Below, piece after piece: positions 53,643 to 64,000 of a stretch of 64,000 bases of DNA. The stretch spans positions 12,462,001 to 12,526,000 of the forward strand of contig CM120646.1 of the NCBI GenBank assembly GCA_051362555.1, in the 5' to 3' direction. The position numbers were made by a program, and so were the translations under genes. Positions within the stretch are counted from its first letter, which is position 1, and every line of letters begins with the position of its first letter. The notes under the pieces were generated by a model. That model did no database searches and was not told the origin of the DNA. It worked only from the letters and a program-made list of their open reading frames with translations. This DNA is from Lingula anatina (taxonomy: Eukaryota > Animalia > Brachiopoda).

Positions 53643-56600
53643 AACAGAAACAAAAACGCACAGTTCATTTAATCATTTATCATACATGTTCCTAGTTAAG
53701 ACATACTCCAAATAGTCTAACATGATCAGTCGTCGACAGAGAAAACGAGATTCCATGATGATTAAAAAAGAGCACGCATTTCTTAAGAAATTACCCGATA
53801 TGTACAAGTAGGTGTAGAGAACAGGCCGGTGTGAAGGGAATGGATGTCCGCCGTAATGTATGTCCGTAGGACATGTATTCCTAGGAATGAGTGTCCTGCG
53901 GACACTAAGTCCTGGGAATGCATGTCCGGGGCCCTCCGTTCCTAGGAATGCATGTCCGGGGACATATTTTCCTGGGATTGGAAGTCCTCCGGACAACTGT
54001 TACTTAGTAATTTACGTCCTACATACAGGCATCGATGTCCTAGTCGGACACGTTTTCCCAAGTAAACTAGGAATTGATGTCCCCTGATGTTGCTTCGTGT
54101 TTCTATTAGGTTTAGAATGAGATTATGTTATTTTCAATTACATATAAACAGATTTTATTCGGTTAAATTTCTTTTTTTTTTTAAACAAAGTGAGAAAAAC
54201 GATATCTGACCCACCTAAATTAAATAAATGAAAGAGAAAATACAGAACCAACAATAACATAATTATTTTCGAAATTTTATTTTATTACTTGTTTTCTTTA
54301 TTTGATTCAATCGATTCATATCATTCTACATATAATTTCAAATTGGCCCCATTTACTGCTCCTTTCAAGATATCACCCTCCACAGTCCTCAACATATAAG
54401 CTTTGTTTTTTGTTTGTCCTCGCACCACGTATGGACCCAGCCACGGATCTTTGTTTTTGTCCCCTTTGCGGTCCGATCTTCTCATGTTCTTTTTTAACAC
54501 TTTGGTGCCCACAGGGATTGTCTGTAATGAGAAGGACATGTACATGCATTTATATCCATAGGCCGTTTACCATTTAATGAAAAATATACAGAATAAATAC
54601 ATAAATTAATATCTCATTACCATTTTTGGACGTCCTGTGGGTTCACTTCTTCGTGTTCTTCATCTGATCCACTCCCTGTACAGTCGACATCTTGCAGAAG
54701 CACAGGCTCTCTGGTAAAGAAACATTAATGAATTTAGAGGTAACATATAATATTTTTCACCATCTCGCTAAAATTCAGCTGCAGTGAGAATTGCATTTCA
54801 TTGTAGGCCTAAATATTCAGACCCGTAGCCGGGGGGGGGGGGGGGAGAGTCGGGGGGTCTGGAGGCTAAAAAGAACCTCCCCTTTTGCTTGGAAAAGGTA
54901 CACTCTGGGTAAATTTGATCTAGATAAACTAAGGTTTCATGGCTAAAGGTCTACATTTTCAGAAAAAGAACCCCCCTTCTGCAATTGCTGCCTACGGACC
55001 TGATATTAATCGATTGGATCACATGATGAATCAACAGTTATATAAGAAAACATTTTGACTTACTTAAGATCCCCAAACCATGTTACATACCTGCCATACA
55101 TTGCAAAGAAAGGTGAGAATTTAGTGGTGCTCTGCCTTGCTGTGTTATAGGCGAAGACCACTTGCTTTAGAAGCACATCCCACTGAGCCTCGTCTTTCAG
55201 TTTCAAGAGCATCTTCTCCAACGTTTGGTTGAATCTTTCTGAAATAATATAATGTTTTATTGTCATCATTTTCTTCTCACATTAAAGAACAGTTGACTTA
55301 TATTAATCAAGAAATCAAAACTTTTTACCTGTTAGTCCATTGCACTGGGGGTGATATGCACTGGTTCTGCGATGGCTAATTTTCAGTGACTTTGTTATCT
55401 CTTCTACAAGGGCGTTATTAAATTCCCTTCCTTGGTCATTTATCAGCTTCTTCGGGAAACCAAAACTGATAAAACAAGTAAAATATCAGTTATATGATTC
55501 AACAATTAAATACAACGTTGCGTATAAGCATTGATTTAAAAATGTTTTAAATATCCCCTTTTCATCCATATTTTTGATCAAAATTTCATAGCTTACTTTA
55601 ATTTTAAACAGTAAGATATCATTACCACATAAAAAGATCTAGAAGGAAAGAAGCCACTCCTGTGGCCTATTTCGATGGCAAGGCCCTTGCTTGCGCCCAT
55701 TTGCTGTAGTAGCATGTCACCGTGCATATATATTTATTGCCACTGCTAGATGTTGGTAGCGGCCCTACAAGATCTATTCCTATCTGTAAAATAAGTTAAA
55801 ATATCATTTTCCTGGTAAACAATATCTGCATTTCATATACCTAAATAAAACTTTATATTTTAATGCATTGAATTACATTAAATTGTTGTAGGAATAAATA
55901 TTTACTGAATGCCAGGGCACAGCGTCTTGGACTGGGATGGGTTGTAGCTCTGGGGCTACAAGGTTGGCTTTCTTATTCACTCTTTGGCATCTCTCGCAAG
56001 CCTCAATGTAGGTCCCAACGTCCCCAACCACATTTGGCCACCAAAACCGTTTGCCTATTTTATCTAAAGTTTTATCTCTGCCGAGATGTCCACCTACAAT
56101 ATAAATAAGTAAACTTAAAACAAATTAAGAAAAATGCCATAAAATATGAAGATAAACTATAAGGTAAGATATGTGATTCTTTGAAATAAGGACTTACCCA
56201 TTGGAGAAGCATGTAGCTCCTCAAGCACCTGACGAATTTCCCTTCCTGTCATCAGCACTTTCTTCCAGGGGTTGGAAGACTCCGACGTGCTACATGTAGC
56301 TTCATTACCACTTTCTTGGACATCTTGCTTGTCTACTTTGTCCTTTTTATAATACAGTATATTTTTCTCTATCTGTAAATACAAAATTTATAACTAATTT
56401 TACAAACTCTCTGTTATATGAAAAAAAAAAACGAATATGCAAGTATACTATATGTATAGTCATAGTCACCTTGAAATTTAGCTGTGCAGTTCTCCTCAGA
56501 GATCTTTTTCTTGCTTCTGACAAGCCAGGGGGATATTTTCCTTCTTGCAAGTACCTCAGAATGTCAGCGGGATTTGCCCTAGTCCTTGTCTTCCCCATTC

Positions 56601-59492
56601 TTAATATTGTCAGGTGAAAGTAGAAAGCATGTGCTCTTCTTATATATAGTAGAGGCTCCACTGCTCATCCAATCAGAAGTAGCCACGGCCTCAGATAGAC
56701 TCTCTTGATGACTTTTCTACAACATTGTCCAATCATAACTCATAGATAATCTTTAAAATTATTAATTTCTTGCACAAAAATATTAAAATGAAAGCTATGC
56801 GATTTTTTCCTCGACAAAATAATATCAGGTGTGCCATAAGCAAGCCTATAAATATATTTTTGTAAAAAAAATAATAAAGATAAAAATAAAAAAGACATTA
56901 AAAGTACATAAGAGATTTGAAGAAAGTATGAATCGGATGTTAACATGATGTGGAGAACATTGTGGAGAGATATAGTTCTGCCGTGCCTGAGTTACGAACT
57001 CACCTTCTAAATTCTCATGGTCTCGCTTCTTTATCCAGACGCCTAACCCATCAGCCTGTGTAGCCGCTGCTGCCGACCGTTCGAAAATTACCGATACTTA
57101 CGCCTTCGTGTTTATAATAAAATTATATAGACATGCAATATGTTATAATACTTGTACGGACATTTTATATGTAGGACTTGCGTTCCTGTGTATATGTGAA
57201 AGGAAATTATGCCCGACAGGAATATATGTCCTAGAAGCGTAAAAATACAGCTGGGAATCTAGGTCCGGGTAGGACGGTACATCCTAGGGAACGCATGTCC
57301 ATAGGACATGTTTTCCCAGGAACGGAGGTCCGGAGGACCTCCGTTCCTGGGGGACATGCATTCCTTTCACACCGGTACTCGAAATGTCCATGTTCCTTCA
57401 TCAGTGACTAATTTCTATTTCAAAGTTGACAGTCATTTCGGGAAGTGTCCAAGTTTTACTGACTCTGATGTAAGACATAACTGAAATATATCCTCTCTAA
57501 GCTTTTGTTATTAAGAATTTTTTTAGGATAAGCGATTCTCTGTAGGATGCGTTTACTTCAGTAAACAGTAGTTATTTCGTCCCTCCTACACAACCCACGC
57601 TGAGTAATGCACCTTGATTCAGATCGGTTGTGTTGAAAAGAAACTTAGGACTAGACCTTATTTTAACCGAAGAAATAACATTCACACTATACATTCACTA
57701 CAAAGAAGAAGTTTTCAACATGAAACATCATATTATTGCAGACGATTGATCTACCACATTGGTGTAATGCGCAGGTGCAGAGAGCGGGTCGATACTTAGG
57801 CTGCGTTCACATGAAAAATCTATTTTCTAAAAATCTAAAAATCTATTTGCAGTATTTTGTGATCACGGTCTGTGCCCTGGATACCCCAAGCGTAATTACG
57901 GGCAGCGGGAGCCAGTTACTTCCAAAGCTGTAATTAATTCTCGGCGCTGCCAGTAATTACGCCGCGGGGTATTCAGGGAACAGACCGTGATCACAAGATA
58001 GCGCAAATAGATTTTTAGATTTTAAGAAAATAGATTTTTTACATGTGAACGCAGCCTTAATATGTGCTTATACATTTATCAGTAACTGATTTATTTGCTT
58101 TATTCTTGAATTCACCCCCTGCCTTCTCGCGCGTTTCTTCCCGGGAGATTTGCTTTACCGTGTATGTGTAAATAAACATTAACACAGTATGTGGATGTGT
58201 AAATATAAAAGCGCATACTTTTGGTGGTTTAAATTGTACGCCATGCTTGTTAAGATCACCGCTTTTATATTCTCTGCCTACTAGTATCTTACTGTTATAA
58301 ATATTGAATACTGATTATTTTTTTTCATTTAAAAGCCATGTCTGTCTCACATCAAGTATTGTTTATTTATTTATTTTACTTATTATTATTTTTTGAATAT
58401 TTAAAGACACCGTGATAGGGGCCGAATAACATGCGCTCAGTTTTGTTTTAGTATATGGTTCCCTTTGTGCTCCATCCTATCGTTTCCTGTCGCGTTTTCT
58501 ACATCTAGATCAGATTTTCAATTTCTGTCGGCCTTTCTTTAAGAAACCGATTGTTTTATTACGCCATTAAGAGCACCTTCGCTTTAAATGGAACGCTGAT
58601 TTATTACAACTTATGTAGATTATTAGTAGGCAGAGAATATAAACTCTTGAAAATCAATCATTTCTTTTCTATACAAATAATTCACCCTCATTTGCCCAAT
58701 GTGCATTAAACACCTACCTACGGCTATAATGTGCAGTGGCACCCCTTCACATCTCTCCACTATTTCCTCAAGTTGGTCATTTCTGAACTTGACCGATGGG
58801 CATACCTCGTGCAGCAGTGACCCTCCTTCTCCAGTGGACAACCGAGGCAGCCGGACGCAGATGTAGAGTTTGCTTAAAGACGCAAATCGGAAATCGGTTC
58901 TTGACACCACCAATATCCACACGTTTTTACAGTATTTGACCAAGCATGATATTAGGTCAAGTAATACTGTTTGGAGGGGTCTATCGTGCCACAAAAAGGA
59001 AGGTTCCGCGTCCGCAATCCCTTTTTGATCGGCTGTTAAGCCCTTCTGAGATTTGGATTCGTTAAAGTTCTTTTCATCTGCGACGACGACGTGATCGCAG
59101 TTATCTATTTCCAAAACATACCTCTGACACTCCTTTAGTCTATTTCCTATATGCGCGGCTAAGTCATACTTCCATTTAAACAGTGACGCCTCATCGTTAG
59201 AGTCTTCAGAAGGAAATGGTTGAAGAAATGCAGTGGCTTGACTGAATCGTTCGATAATATGGCGAACAGACCGCACACTTTTGAGGTTCACCTTCGCCAC
59301 CTCAAGCGGTCGGACCCTACCGACTTCTTGTACGACTCTCTCAGCAAACTCGGTCTTGCCGATGGCAGGTGGACCGTAGACACCAATTATTCGTCGCGAT
59401 TCCCATTCATTTAGAACTTTATGAAGCTCAGACTCACGACCGACGAATTTGTATTTATACTGCAATATACCATCGAGCATGCCTGAAGCCAT
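50705..59492 (-). CDS. NB-ARC/STAND P-loop ATPase with helical/winged-helix region and low-complexity tail, about 624 aa
   Basis: Exon 1 (58718-59492) has FVGRESEL, Walker A GPPAIGKT, Walker B VLEIDNCD, sensor ILVVSR and GxP motif CEGVPLHI. Phase-1-compatible exons follow at 53426-53542 (YTPGELLEALREKRL), 52555-52668 (FARLPQELQNHLSSLASLQNGF), 52036-52188 (PLRRRNKLEYD..KLSIPRL) and 50705-51420, total 1875 nt open. Exon 1 is secure; the downstream exon chain is my reconstruction. Confidence 0.7.
54321..56598 (-). pseudogene. Intron-containing Ginger1/GIN-like integrase, inactivated
   Basis: Exons 56470-56598, 56198-56372, 55906-56093 (H..GGHLG..WWP..CERCQ zinc finger), 55626-55783 (IGIDLVGP; in-frame TAG at 55667-55669), 55329-55465 (NDQGREF..SAYHPQCNGLT), 55091-55238 (ERFNQTL..FAYNT..SPF..MYGR), 54621-54710, 54321-54521 (WLGPY, GPY/F motif). 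There is a phase break before the last exon. Confidence 0.85.
54818..55002. mobile_element. Small CAG..CTG MITE with a 5-bp TSD inside a Ginger intron
   Basis: ATATT|CAGACCCGTAG...CTACGGACCTG|ATATT. Confidence 0.65.
57799..58056. mobile_element. PIF/Harbinger-type palindromic MITE
   Basis: TTA|GGCTGCGTTCACATG...CATGTGAACGCAGCC|TTA; nearly the whole element is a hairpin. Confidence 0.85.
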
Positions 59493-60523
59493 GTCTTTCC
59501 TCTATTCCCCTGTGCAGACTGTCGAAAATCAAACGAATCGAATGACTCAAAACGCAACAACTTCCTGTTTCGTATCTTCACAATGGTTTTTAATATGCGT
59601 GGTGACGGTATAGAGTTTCAATGTTTATAGGACTACATGTATTATGTCAAGCGCTCTTCACCTATGTTCATGTTCGAACGTTCACAGCTGGATGCCTTGT
59701 GAGAAAGCAGGTCTAAAAATATACGCATTGCCCTTGTTTTGACTATATAACTATAGCTGTTCATAAGAGGTTGACACTCTAGAATTGTGAGGTTATTCAT
59801 TGTACGAGTATGTTTATTGTTAGATTGTTTGCGCGGTCTCGCTTCCGCTTCCTTATATGAAATCAGCAGTCAATGCACGAAATGACATAAAAGTACGCCG
59901 TACACATGAGTGCGATATATATAAGTACATCATAATGACACATAAGTACATTGTAGATTTTTAAAAGTGCAACGTAAAGGCCTGTTTTACAGGACAGGCG
60001 CACTGAATATGTAAACTCAAGTATAGAGTCAAAAGTTAGATATCCAACTACCGTGTACCAGTGGGTTATGCATGAGTAGCCGTCAAAATAATATGTAGGA
60101 GACCGCGTGTTCACAGTTTGATTAATATGTAGCGTATCTGTCTGCAGGTGCGATTTTCGTTATTTAATTCTCACTTAATTTCTCGAGATAAACATGAAAA
60201 CTAAAATGAAAACTTAAAGAATCGCCACAAAAAGGGAAACATTTACGTTTTATATTACTGTTACAACCCCCCCCCCCAAAAAAAAGAAAAAAAAAACAAT
60301 TATACAATACATGCAGTTGTATAGTTGTATACATATACATACAGTTATCACAAAGGCTTATAAAAAGAAACGAGGCTTAAATTTTATGTGGACAAACCAA
60401 TCTTTTAATTCACACCGTTATATGTGCCCGTTGTCTGATCTTTTACAATGTCATGCTCTTTAATCTCGGAGATATTGTCATCCTTTGTAAAAAGTCAAAT
60501 GTAGCTCCTGGAATTACTTCGTT

Positions 60524-63500
60524 TTAATAGCCAGAAAGATGTTTGGACTCTTTACAGTAAGATTCCAGTAGAGCTATACCTTCTTCTTCGTTACCATGGT
60601 ATCGTTTTATCCATTCATGAACAAGAAGATTGTGATATCTGAAAAAAAAATTTGAGCAGTGGGCGGTAAAAGTCACACAAACATACATTCCGGGCCCAAC
60701 AAAATTAATTGAATTAAATCAAAGCGCTAATAAATGAATATCGTCGAATTATAAATAACCACCATCAAATGCAATACTATGAAGACGCTTTCATCTTTTT
60801 TATTATACATGAAGCGTACCCCCAACTGGTGTCGTTATATAGCTTTATCGAGATATCTTGCCCAAAACTGGCAATGGCTCTTCCGTTTTATTTATGAAAT
60901 TCACCATACCATTTTCAAAAGTGAAATTAATTTTGTTTTCATTTCTTTAAATTTATTTTAAAAGAACAAGAATTGTCGGAGGACAATAAATAGGTACGCA
61001 TAGATTGTTACAGTTGTTCATTATTCAGTGCATTACCTGGGCTTCTCAAAGTATTGGTCATATTCTGTGTCTAATCTTGGGAAAATCCTGTCGAAGCCTC
61101 CCCGCCTTTTGTTCTCATCTATTGTGTCAACCAGAACTCGGATATCATCCGGTGTTAGCGTGTCCAGTATAGTTGACAAGACTTTCTTTAAAATATAAAT
61201 ATACCCCCAAAAGAAAATTGAATAACAGAAAGATAAGGTGGCGGTTATTTATATATATAAATAAACTGACATATATGATCAATTTTTGTCATTTACACGC
61301 CCCTCCTTTTCTCGCTGATGTGTATGTTTAAATACGTTCAGTCAAAGATGTTTGGCCCTTAAGCTTATTCTAAGGTAAATGAATTTGATGGAGGGTGGAC
61401 CCCACTGCTGCGTGCTTCCTCAGTGGCATGACACTGATCATGGTATGTTTTTACGCATATGGAAGGAGCGAAACAAGACCAGGCATATTTGCAAAAGGCC
61501 AAAATCAATTACCGTGAACGCCTCATATACTGGCCCTAATATTATCCCTGACCTTTAACTTTCGGTATTTTTTTAAGAGTCTGCGGACCACTTTGCTCCT
61601 CATAGTGCTCACTGTAATACTTATGTTTAGCTTGTTCCGCGTTGGACAGATTCTTTGTCCACCAACGCTCGTCTAGCAGCAAGTCAGGCGAAACACTGGG
61701 CCCGCTGAAACCAAATCATTATCAAATATTGTTTAAGCCCCAACATTGGGTTTGCCAAAGTGTTGTGCCCCGAGCAGTGACAATTAAGCCTAGTGTAACT
61801 GACCATGGTGGTTAAGTGTTACATGTAAAAGACTCAAAGTTACGAACAGCAGTTAAAGTTTTTTTCATATAACAGCGAAGCTCAGTATTTGGCAGGTTGA
61901 TAACAATTAAAGATAAGAATATGACCATAAACGTCTCTTGTGTCTCTTATTGCATAACACTTGCCTTTTATTCAAGCAAGTTTAGGCAGTCAAAAAAGCA
62001 AACCACGACCATGGAATCTGGTATTATTGCTGTACCTTTCTCCATCATTATCATGATCTTCTTCCCCAGGTATTCTGTAGCCAGCTAAGTTCAGCATATC
62101 TCTGCACATAGGATCAAAGGCGGGGTGAGGATTACCAGAGTGTCCCTGGATACTGGAAACAAATATATCACTTTATTTCACGACTTATTAAGATGTTTTA
62201 AAAGCAAACTTTCACGCGTTTCAGGATTTTTTTCTGCGAAGTGTACATGACCTAGCTGCAGATATTTTACCGATCTCTCGAGAAGTACTGAGAATGTTAG
62301 ACAAGTAATATGTTTTTTTCTCCATAGGTAAATGAACAGGACACAGTAAGACACGTTTATAGCAGATATACGTGATTGAATCTTTGTACTTTGTAAAAAT
62401 ATCACTTCAAGGAAGCGCTAAAACTTATAAACGTCATTTTATTGCTGGTAATGTGGCCCTCCAGCTAGGTTTATACAGGAGTGCAGCTTGGTTTATACAT
62501 TATTTATACATGTAGTATCTTACCCAGGCGCTATGTTGACCTTCAGGACCCAAGATTTCATGTTCTGTCCAGCAGTATACCAAACACTTACCCAGGTGCT
62601 ACGTTAACTTCCAGGACCCAGGGCTTTAGGTTCTTGTCCAGCAGTATATCAAAGCCGAACAGTTCATGTCCACTGTATTTGCTCAGCAGGTACCTCTGTA
62701 CTCCCTCAAACATATCTGGTTCCCCGCTGTTTAAAAGTATGAGAATAACCGTCACTGTACATTTAGGACTCAAAAACATCTGCCTTTCCTTATTTATTTA
62801 CTTATTATTTACTTATTATTATTATTCAGTTGCTACAGGCAACAGAGAGGATAATTACTTTTAATAACAGAAATCAAATCGAAGGGTGTACTACCGGCGA
62901 TAAACATGTGCATCAACCTTTAGAAAGAGAAATGTAAATTTAAAATAAAGTAACCTGATTATCGTCTTTAATGTGATGTCTTTGATCTCCTCCCAAATCG
63001 GCTCGTGGTCGGTTCCATCTTTAGTTTTCAAATGCTCCCATAGCTTATTAAATGACCTGACAACAATAGAAATAGCGTTTAAACTATTTCAGCACTATAA
63101 ATGCAACAGTTGTTCCAGATATACACCGACGTTTTAAAAACTGGATGACGCGAAATATATAATTAATGCTCTTAATTTGACAACTCTAGCCTATATCAGC
63201 CGCTTAGGAAAATGTATACTTCTCACTTATATTAATATATAATAATTTTAGTATTGGAGTATGTCAATGGTACCGATAGGTGGGCCAATGTTGGGAATTT
63301 ACGAGATGCTTGGTTGTCTGGTTGTTATACATAGTAAAATCAAATATGTGGGTAACCTTTTAACGATCTACATAAATGCAGGTGACACTTTGTTTCGTCA
63401 GGGGAGTATAGATGTTTGCCTTTAGTTGCATGTAACACCAGGAACAATTACTTGCGAATAGTAACGTGGGGGAATTCTATGTACAGTATAGCACACTTAC

Positions 63501-63608
63501 CATTTGTGTCCAGTTTGCATAGAGTAACGTAGTTTGTAGTCCGGGTTTTTCTTATTCACTTCAACGTTAGTGAGATGGATAGTTTCATCAAAGGCGCGTG
63601 TTGTAAAC
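60524..63608 (-). CDS. TTLL4: Tubulin glutamylase TTLL4-like, 3' part only (5' exons lie outside the window or were not recognised)
   Basis: Exons 63501-63608 (HLTNVEVNK..GHKW), 62955-63056 (IWEEIKDITLKTII), 62592-62726 (HELFGFDILLDKNLKPWVLEVN), 62036-62152 (RDMLNLAGY), about 61590-61704 (boundary uncertain), 61037-about 61185 (ILDTLTPDDIRVLV..RRGGFDRIFP), 60524-60638 (YHNLL..GIALLESYC, then stop). The C-terminal motifs are typical of the TTLL4/5 clade. Confidence 0.8.
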
Positions 63609-64000
63609 CTAAAATTAAAATATTTATATAAATAAACTACACTGGATTGCAACCGTACAAGATGAAGAAGTAGCTTTATGAGGCAATACAGTCTCTGTCT
63701 TTGTCAGAAATCATCCCGGTTTTGTGTTCTTGACTTGTTTTGAAAAACAAAGATATAAGACAATATAAACATTATTTCATGCACACTCTGCTCATATCTG
63801 GCTTCCCCGAAAAGAAATAAAAAATATACAGATGCTCAATAAAAGTTCCTTTCATGATCACACAATTTGAAGAAAAAAAATTAAAAGACATAATATCTTT
63901 GAAGACTGCACGATCAGTACAAGTCATTAATCATTGTATACTTGCGACATCAAAACTGTCACGATTGCCTTACATGAAAAATCAAAGAACTTAATTGTTT

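Larger units (their letters stand above)
53830..57371 (-). mobile_element. Ginger1 DNA transposon (Gypsy-like DDE integrase, TIRs)
   Basis: Termini TGTGAAGGGAATG...CATTCCTTTCACA with a 4-bp TSD CCGG (53826-53829 and 57372-57375). Subterminal repeats (CCTAGGAATGCATGTCC-like) occur at both ends, and a spliced integrase lies inside. Confidence 0.9.

Noticed and set aside
53673-54087. ORFs with repeated GHAFPG/GNACPG peptides
   Set aside because: They are translations of the Ginger subterminal repeats.
57376-57612. Possible second exon of the NB-ARC gene split by the Ginger insertion
   Set aside because: There are stops in all three frames, and a better phase-compatible exon exists at 53426-53542, so this is treated as intron.

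Overview
Eukaryotic, AT-rich, intron-containing animal DNA. It looks like an invertebrate, plausibly a marine deuterostome such as an echinoderm; this is inferred from gene and repeat content only. By reading GT-AG splice sites and phases I reconstructed seven host genes: a complete 8-exon carnosine-synthase-like (CARNS1) ATP-grasp ligase (+, 7506-13194); three complete 9-exon sorbitol-dehydrogenase-like (SORD) paralogues (A and B tandem on -, C inverted on +); a 7-exon oligoribonuclease REXO2 (-) between B and C; a 5-exon NB-ARC/STAND ATPase with no visible effector or sensor domain (-); and the 3' part of a TTLL4-like glutamylase (-) running off the right edge. The transposon content is rich. 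It includes a decayed RTE LINE whose 12-bp target-site duplication also encloses a tRNA-Pro-derived Pol III head, a complete-ended intron-containing Ginger1 integrase transposon (CCGG TSD) in the NB-ARC intron, and many MITEs (TA, TTA/TAA, TTAA, 5-bp and CCGG-type TSDs). The most notable points are the tRNA-headed LINE, the remodelled substrate pockets of the SORD trio and the CARNS1-like enzyme, the Ginger1 element with its MITE family, and the minimal STAND protein. Comparisons with human proteins are from memory and were not computed.
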